This document shows, piece by piece, positions 32,969 through 44,220 of a stretch of DNA of 64,000 bases. The notes under the pieces were generated by a model. It was given only the letters and a program-made list of their open reading frames with translations, was not told the origin of the DNA and did no database searches. Position 1 is the stretch's first letter; each line of letters starts with the position of its first letter. The DNA is from an uncultured Porticoccus sp. GTDB lineage: Bacteria; Pseudomonadota; Gammaproteobacteria; Pseudomonadales; Porticoccaceae. Location of the stretch: NCBI GenBank assembly GCA_963925605.1, contig CAWURY010000002.1, forward strand, positions 583 to 64,582. The letters run 5' to 3'. The position numbers and the translations under genes are program-made.

Positions 32969-33394
32969 TCATATTTTGGAGCCATCAATTTCGAATGTGT
33001 GCGTAACTTCGACGCCACCTCTGGTGAGCATAACAGAAGCGGAACAATATTTTTCAGCGGACAGCTTGACCGCGTTACGCACTGTACTTTCTTTTAGGTT
33101 ATCGCCGGATACCAGAAAATGTAGGTGTATTTTAGTAAATACAGCGGGAGTTTCCTTAGCTCTGACTGCGGTAATCTCTGCTACGCAAGTCGCTACGTTT
33201 TGATGGCTTTTCTGTAAAATATGAACCACATCAAAAGCTGAACAACCCCCCATCCCCATCAACATCATCTCCATAGGTCGAGGCCCTGCATTTTCACCAC
33301 CATAATCTGGAGGGCCATCCATGAGCACCCTGTGGCCAGACTCAGACTCGGCTATAAATTTAACCTTTCCATCCCATGTAATCTTTGCTTTCAT
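32969..33394 (-). CDS. OsmC/YhfA family protein
   Basis: SGH..MDG..GPRPME..GCSAFDV..EKYCSAS. Confidence 0.9.
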   Translation of the reverse strand: MKAKITWDGKVKFIAESESGHRVLMDGPPDYGGENAGPRPMEMMLMGMGGCSAFDVVHILQKSHQNVATCVAEITAVRAKETPAVFTKIHLHFLVSGDNLKESTVRNAVKLSAEKYCSASVMLTRGGVEVTHTFEIDGSKI

Positions 33395-33473
33395 AAAAAT
33401 AAAAGGCCTCAAGAAAGTTAAAATTTAAAACATTAATGCACTTGTAGTTTTTAGGCAAACTAAAAATCCTAAT

Positions 33474-34289
33474 CTACATAAACATTTCAACTAATTTTAA
33501 TCCTGGGTCATCTGCACGCATAAATGTTTCGCCAACAAGAAAAGCATTTACCTCATGATCTTTCATGATGGCAACATCGTCTGAATTAAGTATGCCGCTT
33601 TCAGTAACAATAATTCTGTTTTTTGGAATCTTACTCAGGAGCTGAATGGTTGTATCAATGCTTGTTTCAAAAGTATGCAGATTGCGATTATTGATTCCAA
33701 TCATTGGATTATCAATCAATAAAGCTCTACCAAGCTCTTCTTCGTTATGAACTTCCATCAGTATATCTAAGCCAAGTCCTCGGGCAATTTCATGCAGCTC
33801 CTCTATATCCACCTGACTCAGGGCTGCAACAATCAATAAAATACAGTCTGCGCCTAGCGCATAAGACTCATAAACTTGATAAGGATCAACTATGAAATCC
33901 TTCCTTAAAACCGGCAAACAGGTGGCGTTTCTGGCTATTTTTAAATAATCATCTGAACCTTGAAAAAAATCACTTTCCGTCAACACAGACAAGCAAGCTG
34001 CACCGCCTTTCTGGTAACTTATAGCAATTTTTTCAGGGTCAAAATTTTCTCTGATCACCCCTTTGCTGGGTGATGCCTTTTTAATTTCGGCAATAACTGC
34101 AGATACTCCTGTGTTTATTTTTGCAGAAAGGGCGCCTGAGAAACTTCTTAATTCTCTATTTTTTAACTCTCCGCGACATTGCTGCTCTAACTCGACCAGC
34201 GATATATTTCGTCGTCTACGAGCGACCTCTGCTATCTTTTTAGATAGAATTTTTTTTAAAACTGTTGGGGTATCCAATACTGCATCCAT
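33474..34289 (-). CDS. trpC: Indole-3-glycerol phosphate synthase
   Basis: IAEIKKASPSKG, SVLTE..FFQG, LRKDF, GINNRNL, ESGI. Confidence 0.96.
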   Translation of the reverse strand: MDAVLDTPTVLKKILSKKIAEVARRRRNISLVELEQQCRGELKNRELRSFSGALSAKINTGVSAVIAEIKKASPSKGVIRENFDPEKIAISYQKGGAACLSVLTESDFFQGSDDYLKIARNATCLPVLRKDFIVDPYQVYESYALGADCILLIVAALSQVDIEELHEIARGLGLDILMEVHNEEELGRALLIDNPMIGINNRNLHTFETSIDTTIQLLSKIPKNRIIVTESGILNSDDVAIMKDHEVNAFLVGETFMRADDPGLKLVEMFM

Positions 34290-34323
34290 AATATTTTAGT
34301 GTGATTTATAAAATTTTTCTTGC

Positions 34324-35358
34324 CTAAAAACAACGAGTAAACGCAGCAAGTTCAGAGATTTTTTCCTTAGCTAGGCCACTACCAATAGCGTCTTGCGCTA
34401 AAATAATACCTTCTGCTAAATTATTCGCGACGCCAGAAACATAAAGTGCTGCTCCAGCATTTAAAGCAATCATATCAGATGCAGAGTCAATCTTAGATGA
34501 AAAAACGCGATGCTTAGACAGCGCTAACTTTATCAAATCCAAGCTTTCTTTTGCATCAGAAACCTTCAGATCATCAAGATTACCTTTGCTCATCCCAAAA
34601 TCTTCTGGCATTAAAGTATATTCGCTAATCTCGCCGTCTTTAAGTTCTGCAATCCAAGTATCAGAAGAAATGCTAATCTCGTCCAGCCCATCCTGCGAAT
34701 GAACAACAAGCACATGCTTGCCGCCTAGTTCCTTCATTACTTCTGCCAGTGGCATTAACCATTTTCGCTCGTAAACACCCAGCAACATATTGGGAATTTT
34801 TGCTGGATTAGTGAGCGGACCCAACAGATTAAAAATAGTAGGTACGCCCAGCTCTTTGCGTGGGCCAACAGCATGCTTCATTGCGCTATGATGGTTAACA
34901 GCAAACATAAAACCAATGCCAACTTCTTCTACGCAAAGAGCTATCTGTTCTGCTGATAAGTCTAAATTTACCCCCGCATACTCTAGTAAATCTGCGCTAC
35001 CACTGCTGCTGCTAACCCCTCTGTTGCCATGTTTGGCAATATGCGCGCCTGCTGCTGCCGCAACAAAAGTGCTTGCTGTAGACACATTGAAGACCCCCGC
35101 ACCATCACCGCCTGTTCCAGCGATATCTACCAAATGCTCATTTGTTAAATGTAATGGTACTGATAGTTCACGCATTATTTGGGCGGCACCAGTAATCTCT
35201 TCGACCGTTTCGCCCTTCATGCGCAGGCCGATCAAAAACCCGCCTATCTGAGCACCGGTAGCCTTTCCTGTCATAATCTGCATCATTACTTCACGCATGT
35301 CATTGATCGCAAGATTATGGCCATTCAAAATTTTGTTCATTGCCTGCTGAATGTTCAT
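34324..35358 (-). CDS. trpD: Anthranilate phosphoribosyltransferase
   Basis: GTGGDG..FNVST, KHGNR..SS.SGSAD, FNLLGPLTNP, DGLDE. Confidence 0.96.
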   Translation of the reverse strand: MNIQQAMNKILNGHNLAINDMREVMMQIMTGKATGAQIGGFLIGLRMKGETVEEITGAAQIMRELSVPLHLTNEHLVDIAGTGGDGAGVFNVSTASTFVAAAAGAHIAKHGNRGVSSSSGSADLLEYAGVNLDLSAEQIALCVEEVGIGFMFAVNHHSAMKHAVGPRKELGVPTIFNLLGPLTNPAKIPNMLLGVYERKWLMPLAEVMKELGGKHVLVVHSQDGLDEISISSDTWIAELKDGEISEYTLMPEDFGMSKGNLDDLKVSDAKESLDLIKLALSKHRVFSSKIDSASDMIALNAGAALYVSGVANNLAEGIILAQDAIGSGLAKEKISELAAFTRCF

Positions 35359-35371
35359 CGTAGCCTTTTTT

Positions 35372-35950
35372 TTAATTTTTCAAAAAATTTTCGAGCAAGT
35401 CATGCCCATTTTCAGTAAGAATCGACTCTGGATGGAACTGTACGCCTTCTACTGCAAAGTCTCGGTGACGAAAGCCCATAATTTCATCAATCTCTCCTGT
35501 CGATGTTTTGGTCCAAGCGGTCTCTTCAAGACAATGTGGCAAGCTTTCTCTTTCGACAACTAATGAATGATAGCGGGTTGCCTCAAAAGGATTGGGTAAG
35601 CCGTTAAATACTCCCTTATTGTTATGATAAATAAAGGATGTTTTCCCATGCATTACATTTCTGGCTCGTATAATTTTTCCACCAAAGGCTTGACCAATAC
35701 TTTGATGGCCCAGACAAATACCTAGGATAGGAATTTTTCCAGAAAAATATTCAACCGCCGCAACAGAAATACCTGCTTCGTTAGGAGTGCATGGTCCGGG
35801 AGAGATAACAATTTTTTCTGGAGCCATTGATTGGATTTGATCTAACGTCAGCTCATCATTGCGGATGACCCGAACCTCGGCCTTGAGTTCTCCCAAATAC
35901 TGCACCACGTTATAGGTAAAAGAATCATAATTATCAATCATTAAAATCAT
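35372..35950 (-). CDS. trpG: Anthranilate synthase component II
   Basis: [33 protein letters not shown]. Confidence 0.95.
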   Translation of the reverse strand: MILMIDNYDSFTYNVVQYLGELKAEVRVIRNDELTLDQIQSMAPEKIVISPGPCTPNEAGISVAAVEYFSGKIPILGICLGHQSIGQAFGGKIIRARNVMHGKTSFIYHNNKGVFNGLPNPFEATRYHSLVVERESLPHCLEETAWTKTSTGEIDEIMGFRHRDFAVEGVQFHPESILTENGHDLLENFLKN

Positions 35951-35962
35951 AGCCAAGACGCC

Positions 35963-37429
35963 TTAGACAACTAAATCAACAGCACGAAAAATAGCACGTG
36001 CTTTATTTATAGTTTCTTTCCATTCCAGCTCTGGAACCGAATCTGCTACCACTCCGGCACCAGCCTGCACATAAAGCTTACCGTTTTTAATTATTGCGGT
36101 TCTGATCGCAATAGCGGTATCCATATTGCCGTTCCAACCAATATAGCCTACAGCTCCCCCATACACGCCGCGCTTCACTGGCTCAAGCTCATCAATTATT
36201 TCCATAGCACGAATTTTTGGAGCTCCGCTCAAAGTACCAGCTGGTAATGTTGCTCGCAGCACATCCATAGCGGTAGTGCCTGGCTTTACCTGGCCAGTCA
36301 CATTAGATGTAATATGCATAACATGTGAATAACGCTCTACTAGCATCTGATCAGTGACCTCTACTGTCCCTATTTGAGCAACTTTTCCCACATCATTACG
36401 ACCCAAGTCAACAAGCATTAAATGCTCTGCGATTTCTTTGGGGTCACTTAGCAGTTCTTTTTCTAGAGACAGGTCTTCCTCAGGGGTGTGTCCGCGACGA
36501 CGAGTTCCAGCGATAGGCCTAACTGTTACCTCTCCATCCTCTAGACGAGCTAAAATTTCTGGCGATGACCCTGCTATATGAAAGGACTCTAAATCCAGAA
36601 AGTACATGTAAGGAGAGGGATTAAGACAGCGTAATGCCCTATAAAGATTCAAGGGTTCGGCATTAAAGTCTAAAGATAGTCGCTGCGATGGGACCACTTG
36701 CATTGCATCGCCAGCCAGCACATAGTCTTTTATCTTACTGACTGCCGCCAGAAAATTCTCTTTGCCAAAACTAGACACAAAAGCAGATTCGTTTTGCCCT
36801 TCACTATCTAAATTTAATGGCGGTAGGTCCGGGACAGGATTTTTTAGCTTAATCTCAAGCTCATCTAGTCTTTGCTGCGCCTTTTCCCAGGCGTTTGCAT
36901 CACAGGCATCCTGGTGAACAACAAAAATTAGTTTTCCCAGCAGATTATCAAAAATTACCACTTCATCAGACACCATCAATAAGATATCTGGATTGCCCAA
37001 ATCATCTTTGGGTGCCGACTTTCTTAGTCGCTCCTCAACATAACGCACGGTATCATAGCCAAAATAACCTACAAGTCCTCCTGTGAAGCGAGGCAACTCA
37101 GATAACTCAGGTATCTGATATCTGGACTGAAAAGCTTCAATATCACTTAGCGGATCTGTTGTGGTCTTAGATTCTATAATTTGATTATTTTGCTCTACCA
37201 CCAGCTGGTCGCCGAAGACCTTGATAATAGTGCTTGATGGCAGCCCTATAAGAGAATAGCGCCCCCATTTTTCGCCACCATGAACAGATTCAAATAAATA
37301 TGAATATGGCCCTCTTGCTAGTTTTAAATAACAAGATAGCGGTGTTTCTAGATCCGCCAAAACTTCTCGTATCACCGGGATTCGACTGTAGTTTTGCTTA
37401 GCCAGTTCGGCAAAGTACTCAGGGGTCAT
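35963..37429 (-). CDS. trpE: Anthranilate synthase component I
   Basis: [45 protein letters not shown]. Confidence 0.96.
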   Translation of the reverse strand: MTPEYFAELAKQNYSRIPVIREVLADLETPLSCYLKLARGPYSYLFESVHGGEKWGRYSLIGLPSSTIIKVFGDQLVVEQNNQIIESKTTTDPLSDIEAFQSRYQIPELSELPRFTGGLVGYFGYDTVRYVEERLRKSAPKDDLGNPDILLMVSDEVVIFDNLLGKLIFVVHQDACDANAWEKAQQRLDELEIKLKNPVPDLPPLNLDSEGQNESAFVSSFGKENFLAAVSKIKDYVLAGDAMQVVPSQRLSLDFNAEPLNLYRALRCLNPSPYMYFLDLESFHIAGSSPEILARLEDGEVTVRPIAGTRRRGHTPEEDLSLEKELLSDPKEIAEHLMLVDLGRNDVGKVAQIGTVEVTDQMLVERYSHVMHITSNVTGQVKPGTTAMDVLRATLPAGTLSGAPKIRAMEIIDELEPVKRGVYGGAVGYIGWNGNMDTAIAIRTAIIKNGKLYVQAGAGVVADSVPELEWKETINKARAIFRAVDLVV

Positions 37430-38109
37430 GACTGCTCAAACTCCACTTTGGATAATTCTGCGCGCATACAATTAATGGCTTGACGATAATCATCAGAACC
37501 ATAGATAGCGGACCCGGCAACAAAAGTATCTGCTCCTGCTTCAGCAATTTCTCTAATGTTTTTAGTGGTAACGCCTCCGTCGATCTCTAGACGGATATCT
37601 AGCCCACTGTTATCAATAAGGGTGCGAGCTTCACGCAACTTACCTAATGTCGCTGGAATAAATTGTTGTCCCCCAAAACCAGGGTTTACAGCCATTAATA
37701 GAATTATATCCACTTTTTTTAAAAAGTGTTTTATCTTGTCAAGCCCCGTTTCCGGATTTAATGCTAATCCGCCCTTACATCCTGCATCTTTTATTAATTG
37801 CAGAGAACGACCAACATCTTGAGAGGCTTCCGGATGAAAGGTTATCCAGTCAGCGCCGGCAGTAGAAAAACTATTAATAAGCTGATCTACGGGATCAACC
37901 ATGAGGTGCACATCAATAGAGGCTGTGACTCCATAATCACGCAACGCCTTGCAGACCATAGGACCAATAGTCAAATTAGGCACATAATGATTATCCATTA
38001 CGTCGAAATGGACTAGGTCAGCGCCTGCACCAATAACAGCCTCCACCTCCTCTCCTAATCGAGCAAAGTCTGCGGACAGGACTGATGGCGCTATAAGAAA
38101 ATTATTCAT
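37426..38109 (-). CDS. rpe: Ribulose-phosphate 3-epimerase
   Basis: [38 protein letters not shown]. Confidence 0.97.
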   Translation of the reverse strand: MNNFLIAPSVLSADFARLGEEVEAVIGAGADLVHFDVMDNHYVPNLTIGPMVCKALRDYGVTASIDVHLMVDPVDQLINSFSTAGADWITFHPEASQDVGRSLQLIKDAGCKGGLALNPETGLDKIKHFLKKVDIILLMAVNPGFGGQQFIPATLGKLREARTLIDNSGLDIRLEIDGGVTTKNIREIAEAGADTFVAGSAIYGSDDYRQAINCMRAELSKVEFEQS

Positions 38110-38274
38110 GTATTTCTCTTTTTAGGACTCAGAATATATTTTTAAATCGATGATTTGGCGCTACGATCTAAAATTCAAATACAATTTTAACTTACTTGAT
38201 AGCTTGTAAGAAGTTGCAATTATAAGTCTTTATCGTAACACTTGGAGTATACCTATTTCTAACTATTATCTAAC

Positions 38275-39750
38275 ATGACAATAAAACACTCAGATCTTAG
38301 GGAATTTATTAAATTCCTAGAAGAGCGCGGCGAATTAAAGCGCATTAAAGTCGAAGTTGATCCTGTTCTGGAAATGACAGAAATTTGTGATCGCACCCTT
38401 CGTGCTGGGGGCCCAGCTCTATTATTTGAAAACCCCAAAGGGTTCGATATTCCTGTATTAGGCAATCTTTTTGGTACGCCAGAACGAGTTGCTATGGGCA
38501 TGGGGAAAGAGACTCTTCTTGCCCTGCGAGAAGTAGGAGAGTTGCTCGCTTTTCTAAAAGAGCCAGCGCCGCCGAAAGGGATAAAAGATCTCTGGGGAAA
38601 TCGTGACAAGTTTAAACAAATTCTAAACATGCCCGTACAGGTTGTAAAAAAAGCCGCCTGCCAAGATTTTATCATTGAAGGTGCAGATGTTGATTTAAAC
38701 AAACTACCAATTCAGACCTGCTGGCCAGGTGATGCCGGGCCACTGATTACTTGGCCGCTGGTTATTACCCGAGGCCCAGAGAAAGAAAGACAGAATCTAG
38801 GCATTTATCGCCAGCAGGTAATAGGGAAAAATAAACTAATTATGCGATGGCTGCCTCATCGAGGGGGGGCGCTTGATTTTCAAGACTGGCAGCTAACTCA
38901 TCCTGGAGAACCATTTCCAATTGCTGTAGCCTTAGGTGCTGACCCCGCAACTATATTAGGTGCGGTCACCCCTGTGCCAGACACTCTTTCAGAATATGCT
39001 TTTGCAGGGCTACTAAGGGGTGAAAAAACAAAGGTGGTACGCTGTCTGGGCAGCAATCTTCAAGTGCCAGCAAGCGCTGAATTTATCTTAGAAGGCTTTC
39101 TTTATCCAGACGAAATGGCGGCTGAAGGCCCTTTTGGAGACCATACTGGTTATTATAATGAGGTGGGTCAATTTCCAGTTTTTACTGTGGAAAGAATCAC
39201 CCATCGCAAAGACCCCATCTATCATAGCACCTATACTGGTAGGCCTCCTGACGAGCCAGCCATTCTGGGAGTAGCCCTGAACGAAATATTCGTTCCTATT
39301 CTACAAAAACAATTTCCAGAAATTATTGATTTTTATCTTCCGCCTGAAGGCTGCTCCTACCGCATGGCCGTTGTTTCGATGAAGAAAGAGTATCCTGGCC
39401 ACGCCAAGCGGGTAATGATGGGGGTTTGGTCTTTTTTACGACAATTTATGTACACAAAATTTGTTGTTGTTGTTGACGATGACGTAAATCCTCGCGAGTG
39501 GAATGATGTAATATGGGCTATTACAACTCGAATGGACCCTAAGCGAGATATGGTGATAATTGATAATACCCCCATTGATTACTTAGACTTTGCTTCTCCT
39601 GTCTCTGGGTTAGGCTCAAAGGTAGGATTTGATGCCACTAACAAATGGCCAGGTGAAACAGATAGGGAGTGGGGAAAGCCAATCGAAATGGGCGCCAAAG
39701 TAAAAGAAAAAATTGATGAGTTATGGAAATCTCTAGGCATCGAAAAATAG
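38275..39750 (+). CDS. ubiD: 3-octaprenyl-4-hydroxybenzoate decarboxylase
   Basis: [41 protein letters not shown]. Confidence 0.96.
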   Translation: MTIKHSDLREFIKFLEERGELKRIKVEVDPVLEMTEICDRTLRAGGPALLFENPKGFDIPVLGNLFGTPERVAMGMGKETLLALREVGELLAFLKEPAPPKGIKDLWGNRDKFKQILNMPVQVVKKAACQDFIIEGADVDLNKLPIQTCWPGDAGPLITWPLVITRGPEKERQNLGIYRQQVIGKNKLIMRWLPHRGGALDFQDWQLTHPGEPFPIAVALGADPATILGAVTPVPDTLSEYAFAGLLRGEKTKVVRCLGSNLQVPASAEFILEGFLYPDEMAAEGPFGDHTGYYNEVGQFPVFTVERITHRKDPIYHSTYTGRPPDEPAILGVALNEIFVPILQKQFPEIIDFYLPPEGCSYRMAVVSMKKEYPGHAKRVMMGVWSFLRQFMYTKFVVVVDDDVNPREWNDVIWAITTRMDPKRDMVIIDNTPIDYLDFASPVSGLGSKVGFDATNKWPGETDREWGKPIEMGAKVKEKIDELWKSLGIEK

Positions 39751-39774
39751 CCTGACTTTAGCTTTGCCTGCTTT

Positions 39775-41676
39775 TTAAGCCATATCTGCCCATGGGTTTA
39801 ATTTATCAAATACTACATCTTGCTTGTACCCGGGCATATGTATGCCATCGCAAGAAATATCAATGTCTTCTTCTTGAACTAGCGCTTCCCCGAAACGATA
39901 AACAACTGAAACATTGCCTTTATCTGCTTGTTCGGCATACTTTTTTGCTGCTTGACGGGTTTCTTCTCGACGGCTTTGGTAGTCTGCCATTGCTGGCCCA
40001 TACCTAGCAGATAGCATGTTCTCCACTTTGCGTGGAGAAAGGATTACTGCTGTAGCATTATTGCCACCAAATCCTTTTGAGTTTACAAATGCTACGTCCA
40101 TTCTTCGATTAACAAGGTCCATATCCTGCAAGGGGAAAAACAAGTTTTTTTGAGCAACATCATTAGCAATCTTGTCGACTGTTTTAATGCCAGGAAGTAT
40201 ATCGTACTTAAATGTCCCCAGCGCAAAAGCGAGCTGATCGCCACTAGCTGCCGCCAAAGAGTGCCCAACAAAAGCTTTTGCCGCGGTAACAGGCCAATCC
40301 TTGATAGAAAAAGCTTCTGCTACACGATCAAATATTCTAGATTCTGTAACTCTGTTTGCAGGGGTGCTAGAGCCATGCGCATGAATAAAGCTATGCTTAC
40401 GAACAGTTGATTCACCTACAATTGCAATTGCTGATGCTACCGCTTTAGAAAAAGAAACATAATTGCCAACGCCAGGGGCTGATATAGACCTCTTGATACC
40501 GTCTGCATTAATAAATACATCAGGCACAGCGCCATGCACATCTGCCGCAAGATCTATAGCAAGGGCGTCATCCATAAGCACTATATACTGGGCAGCCTCG
40601 CCAATTGTAAATCCGCAATTTTCTCCAAACGGCCTGCTGGCTTTTCGCCAATTTGGTATTTCCGATGAATCCAACTTACAAAGATTAATATCAGTGCCTA
40701 GAGCACCCATGCTGGTAAAACCTTCCATGATTTCTGGAGTCAGCCCGGCCTCAGCGCTGCCAACTATCGCCACCCTTCTTCGGCCGCTTCTGATATCTTG
40801 AATTGCTGCCTGCAAAACATAAAGGAAAGACGCGCAAGCTCCGGTTATTGCAGCCGTATGACCAACGCTGCCTATTACGTAAGCATTGACAAAATCTGCA
40901 GGCATTGTATTCAAGCCCATGGCATACTGCTTTGAAGTCGCCCGTTCCCCCAAAAGCCTTGCTTGCAGTAATCCACCCAGCCCCTCTTTAGTGACTTGTC
41001 CCATAATACTGGTACAATAAACACCGACTTCATCAGGGCGAACGCTAGCTGCTATTATGTCCCACGGAATCCCGACAGAAGCCAGCGCATCACTGGCCCC
41101 CAGCAGGGCCAGCTGAAGCCCTCTGGGATGAAAATGTGAGTTATATTGAGCAGCAGGGTCAAAACCTGAAGGAAGCTGTCCTGCGGCTTTGGCTGCCTGT
41201 TCAGAATATGTCGGTACTAAAAAATCAGCGGTGCCTTTAATGCTGACTTCGCAAAATGCTTTATCCAAATATTCAATATTCCAGCGCTCAGGAATCGATT
41301 CAGGTATATCTTTTTTGGCCAGCCTGAAAACTACAGTTTCGCCATTTTGGGGCTTTATTTCTATTCGCTTGTGGCCATATATTTTTTTGGGATCAAACAA
41401 AGAGTCCTCCAGACGACGGATTAAAGTGCCCTTAAGCACCAAACTACCAAAGGCCTCCACCACCTGCTTCGAGTTATGTTGTTTATTTCCCGCATCGATA
41501 TAAAGCTCGCCGTCCCATGAGACTAGCTTCATAAGGCAGGCTAGCCCAACTATGGTTTGCTCTTGCTGATATTTTGAGAGAGACTCAATCACTATGCGCC
41601 GAAAAGCCTGATGAGACGAGCTTCTTCCGGCAGCATTATAACCACCAAACCCCACTATAACTGGCAAAGCTTGCAT
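39775..41676 (-). CDS. fabY: Beta-ketoacyl-ACP synthase, FabY (PA5174) type
   Basis: LPVIVGFGGYNAAGRSS, AAGQLP.GFDP, HPRGLQ, catalytic GACASF, HAHGSST..NRVTES, GHS, NSKGFGGNNAT. Confidence 0.88.
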   Translation of the reverse strand: MQALPVIVGFGGYNAAGRSSSHQAFRRIVIESLSKYQQEQTIVGLACLMKLVSWDGELYIDAGNKQHNSKQVVEAFGSLVLKGTLIRRLEDSLFDPKKIYGHKRIEIKPQNGETVVFRLAKKDIPESIPERWNIEYLDKAFCEVSIKGTADFLVPTYSEQAAKAAGQLPSGFDPAAQYNSHFHPRGLQLALLGASDALASVGIPWDIIAASVRPDEVGVYCTSIMGQVTKEGLGGLLQARLLGERATSKQYAMGLNTMPADFVNAYVIGSVGHTAAITGACASFLYVLQAAIQDIRSGRRRVAIVGSAEAGLTPEIMEGFTSMGALGTDINLCKLDSSEIPNWRKASRPFGENCGFTIGEAAQYIVLMDDALAIDLAADVHGAVPDVFINADGIKRSISAPGVGNYVSFSKAVASAIAIVGESTVRKHSFIHAHGSSTPANRVTESRIFDRVAEAFSIKDWPVTAAKAFVGHSLAAASGDQLAFALGTFKYDILPGIKTVDKIANDVAQKNLFFPLQDMDLVNRRMDVAFVNSKGFGGNNATAVILSPRKVENMLSARYGPAMADYQSRREETRQAAKKYAEQADKGNVSVVYRFGEALVQEEDIDISCDGIHMPGYKQDVVFDKLNPWADMA

Positions 41677-41733
41677 TGATCGACACTCTTATTATTTTAA
41701 GTACACAAGTCTATCAGGCTATAGTTCATTGAC

Positions 41734-41772
41734 TTTTGTCATTTATAGCCATATATTTTGTCATTATGGCCA
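41734..41772. promoter_or_regulatory. Tandem direct repeat, probable AraC-family operator
   Basis: TTTTGTCATTTATAGCCA and TTTTGTCATTATGGCCA, 22 bp apart, between fabY and the AraC gene. Confidence 0.5.
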
Positions 41773-42779
41773 AAGAAGAAGCAAAAGAATTCCCTCTGCG
41801 GATAGCAACACTGCTCTATGATAATATTCTTGGTACTAGCGCTACACTTCCAGTGGAAATGCTACGAACAGCAGAAGCTGCTGTTCGACCTAAACAGCGA
41901 AACACCAGAAGAATTGAGGCGCTTACTCTGTCTATTGATAAGCGTTCCATTAAATCGCCGTCTGGCTTTGATATTCGCCCATCCGCAACTATTAACGACT
42001 CACAAAATTTTGACATTATTAACTTACCTGCATTATGGAGAAACCCAAGACCCGCTCTAGTGAAATACAAAGACTACGTCCCTTGGCTGCAAAAACAAGT
42101 TGCCCAAGGGGCTATAGTGATAGCAGTAGGAACTGGTGTCTGCTTTCTTGCCAAATCTGGTCTTCTCGACAGACAGCCGGCAACAACACACTGGCATTAT
42201 TTTGATCAATTCCAAAAAGACTACCCAAATGTTCTATTAAAACGACAGTACTTTATTACTCAGGCAGGGAATCTTTATTGTGCTGCAAGTGTTAATGCTA
42301 TGGCTGAACTAATGGTTCATCTTTCAGCCAGACTCTATGGTAGAAGCGCTGCAAAGCAGGTTGAAAGGAACTTTTTTCATGAAATTCGTAGCTCTTTTAA
42401 ACCTACTAGCTATTTTTCTGATGATGTTCAGCAGCACCCAGACGAGCAGGTGGTTCAAGCGCAGATTTGGCTGGAAGACAATTACAATAAGTCTATCTTG
42501 ATAAGCGAAGTGGCAAACAAATTTGAATTTAGCACTAGAAATTTCAATCGACGATTCAAAAACGCCTTAGGAAAAACACCTCTAGAATATTTACAGTCTA
42601 TCCGCTTAAAAAATGCAGGGGAGTTGCTACAAAAATCCAATCTTCCTATTTTCGAAGTAGCCATCCACAGCGGGTACCAAGACGCTACTTCGTTCAGTAA
42701 AATTTTTAATCAACACTTTGGTGCTTCGCCAACAAAATATAGGGAAACCGTACGAGCTAAATTATTCAGTACTCGCTAA
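41766..42779 (+). CDS. GlxA-family AraC regulator (DJ-1/GATase-like domain + HTH)
   Basis: PALWRNP, GTGVCFLA.SGLLD..ATTHW, C-terminal RNFNRRFK..GY.D..SF..F...G.SP..YR. Confidence 0.9.
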   Translation: MAKEEAKEFPLRIATLLYDNILGTSATLPVEMLRTAEAAVRPKQRNTRRIEALTLSIDKRSIKSPSGFDIRPSATINDSQNFDIINLPALWRNPRPALVKYKDYVPWLQKQVAQGAIVIAVGTGVCFLAKSGLLDRQPATTHWHYFDQFQKDYPNVLLKRQYFITQAGNLYCAASVNAMAELMVHLSARLYGRSAAKQVERNFFHEIRSSFKPTSYFSDDVQQHPDEQVVQAQIWLEDNYNKSILISEVANKFEFSTRNFNRRFKNALGKTPLEYLQSIRLKNAGELLQKSNLPIFEVAIHSGYQDATSFSKIFNQHFGASPTKYRETVRAKLFSTR

Positions 42780-42849
42780 GCGCTCTAGGGCACTCTACGC
42801 TGCGGAATGCCTCTTGCCTTGATCTTAGGATCAACGATTGGCGCAGTTA

Positions 42850-44220
42850 TTATTTTCCCAAATCAACCTGGTTTTCTTTGGCGCTAAAACTAAAATCTGG
42901 GGTTGAGGTTGAGCGCAACTGGTCGTCGACAAAATCTTTACGAATAGCAGACCGTTTAAATCCAGACACCACGTTACTCAACTCCAAAGACACGTCAGCA
43001 AGCTCATTCATAATCTCAGCGGTATTATTGGTACCGAAGAGCAGCTGGGATGATATATCCTGTATCACATCCATCGTTTTTGAAGCCTTAACAGTCAGTG
43101 CCCTCTGCGCTGTTAAGGTTATAGCTGCGTCATTAATCTGTTTAGCCAAACCCAATACGACCCTCTCTATGTCTTTCACGACATGGTTTGCCTCATCTGA
43201 CACTTCTTTGCCCTTGGTTGTTGTGAGCAGAACTTTGCCCATAGAAATAATGGTTTCGTTGGTACCCGCATGGACAATACGGATCAACGAAGTTATTTGT
43301 TTGGTGGCAACCCCAGAACGTTCTGCTAATCTTTGAACCTCCTCAGCGATTACGCCAAACCCTTTTCCTGCATCTCCAGCCGTGGAAGCCTGAATAGCTG
43401 CATTAAGCCCAAAAATATGCGCTTGATCTGCCATATCATTGAGAGCTAAAACTAGGCTACCAATTTCCTTAAAGTTTTCACTCAACCGATTAACATGTTT
43501 GGAGGTTTCGTTGATTTGATCTTGTGTGCTGCCAATATCGAGAACAGTATTTTTAATAACTGTGGCCCCTTTTTTAGCAAGGGAAGATATTTTTTCTGTC
43601 TCAGCAACGGCGTCCCTTAGCTGAACAGACAGTCCGTCGATGGCCTTCTCTAATTCTTTAGTAACTTTAGTTACAGCAGCTATTTCATCTGATTGATGTT
43701 CGGATACCTCGGCCAACTGGGATGCAATTACTCGGGTCTCGTTGACTGTTGCTGACAAATTTTCTGATGATCCCTGTATTTGATCACCAAGGGCGAACAG
43801 CCGCCCAATAGAGAAATGTATTGCTTCCGGAATAGTGCCATTAAAGCATTTAATTTCTTCAATCTCACCACTCAAGCCAATGTCGTTCAGCGAGGATATT
43901 TGATCTAATAGCAAAAAAATAGCTTGCTGATTGTTGCTCTCTATGGCACGCCTTTGGCTTGATCTTCGGTATATCTCTATGCTAATCAGCAGCAATAAGA
44001 CAGCAGATAGCGCTCCCGCATAGAACACAGGATGAGAAAATTTTTGATACTCATCTAACAATAGAACAACGAAGTATAACTGTCTTAGTTCCTCCTGAAT
44101 TAGCGGCAATGAAACAACTAACCATATTGTGTAGCCAGCAAATCCGAGTGCAGCCATCAGGGCTAATATCATTACGAAAAGAGCTGGACTCTTATTTGAT
44201 TGATGTAGTCTTCTGTTCAT
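42850..44220 (-). CDS. PilJ-like methyl-accepting chemotaxis protein with minimal periplasmic loop
   Basis: PilJ-type NQQAI..LLD.I, EVSEHQ..EI, LNAAIQAS.AGDAG.GF.VIAEEVQRLAERS..ATKQI, VSGFK; divergent from gshB. Confidence 0.8.
   Translation of the reverse strand: MNRRLHQSNKSPALFVMILALMAALGFAGYTIWLVVSLPLIQEELRQLYFVVLLLDEYQKFSHPVFYAGALSAVLLLLISIEIYRRSSQRRAIESNNQQAIFLLLDQISSLNDIGLSGEIEEIKCFNGTIPEAIHFSIGRLFALGDQIQGSSENLSATVNETRVIASQLAEVSEHQSDEIAAVTKVTKELEKAIDGLSVQLRDAVAETEKISSLAKKGATVIKNTVLDIGSTQDQINETSKHVNRLSENFKEIGSLVLALNDMADQAHIFGLNAAIQASTAGDAGKGFGVIAEEVQRLAERSGVATKQITSLIRIVHAGTNETIISMGKVLLTTTKGKEVSDEANHVVKDIERVVLGLAKQINDAAITLTAQRALTVKASKTMDVIQDISSQLLFGTNNTAEIMNELADVSLELSNVVSGFKRSAIRKDFVDDQLRSTSTPDFSFSAKENQVDLGK

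Noticed and set aside
32916-33203. 95-aa + strand ORF downstream of the candidate sRNA
   Set aside because: It is the antisense shadow of the osmC-like gene, starts after the terminator and has no recognisable motif.
38259-38702. 147-aa antisense ORF over ubiD (and similar antisense ORFs throughout the track)
   Set aside because: These are shadow ORFs of well-conserved genes with no independent motifs or RBS.
39460-39484. (GTT)n/(GAC/GAT) microsatellite in ubiD
   Set aside because: It simply encodes VVVVDDD, a conserved UbiD motif.
42819-42834. TTGATC-TTAG-GATCAA hairpin as a REP-like repeat family
   Set aside because: Only one other TTAG-loop hairpin with a different stem was seen (near 22216), which is not enough to call a repeat family.
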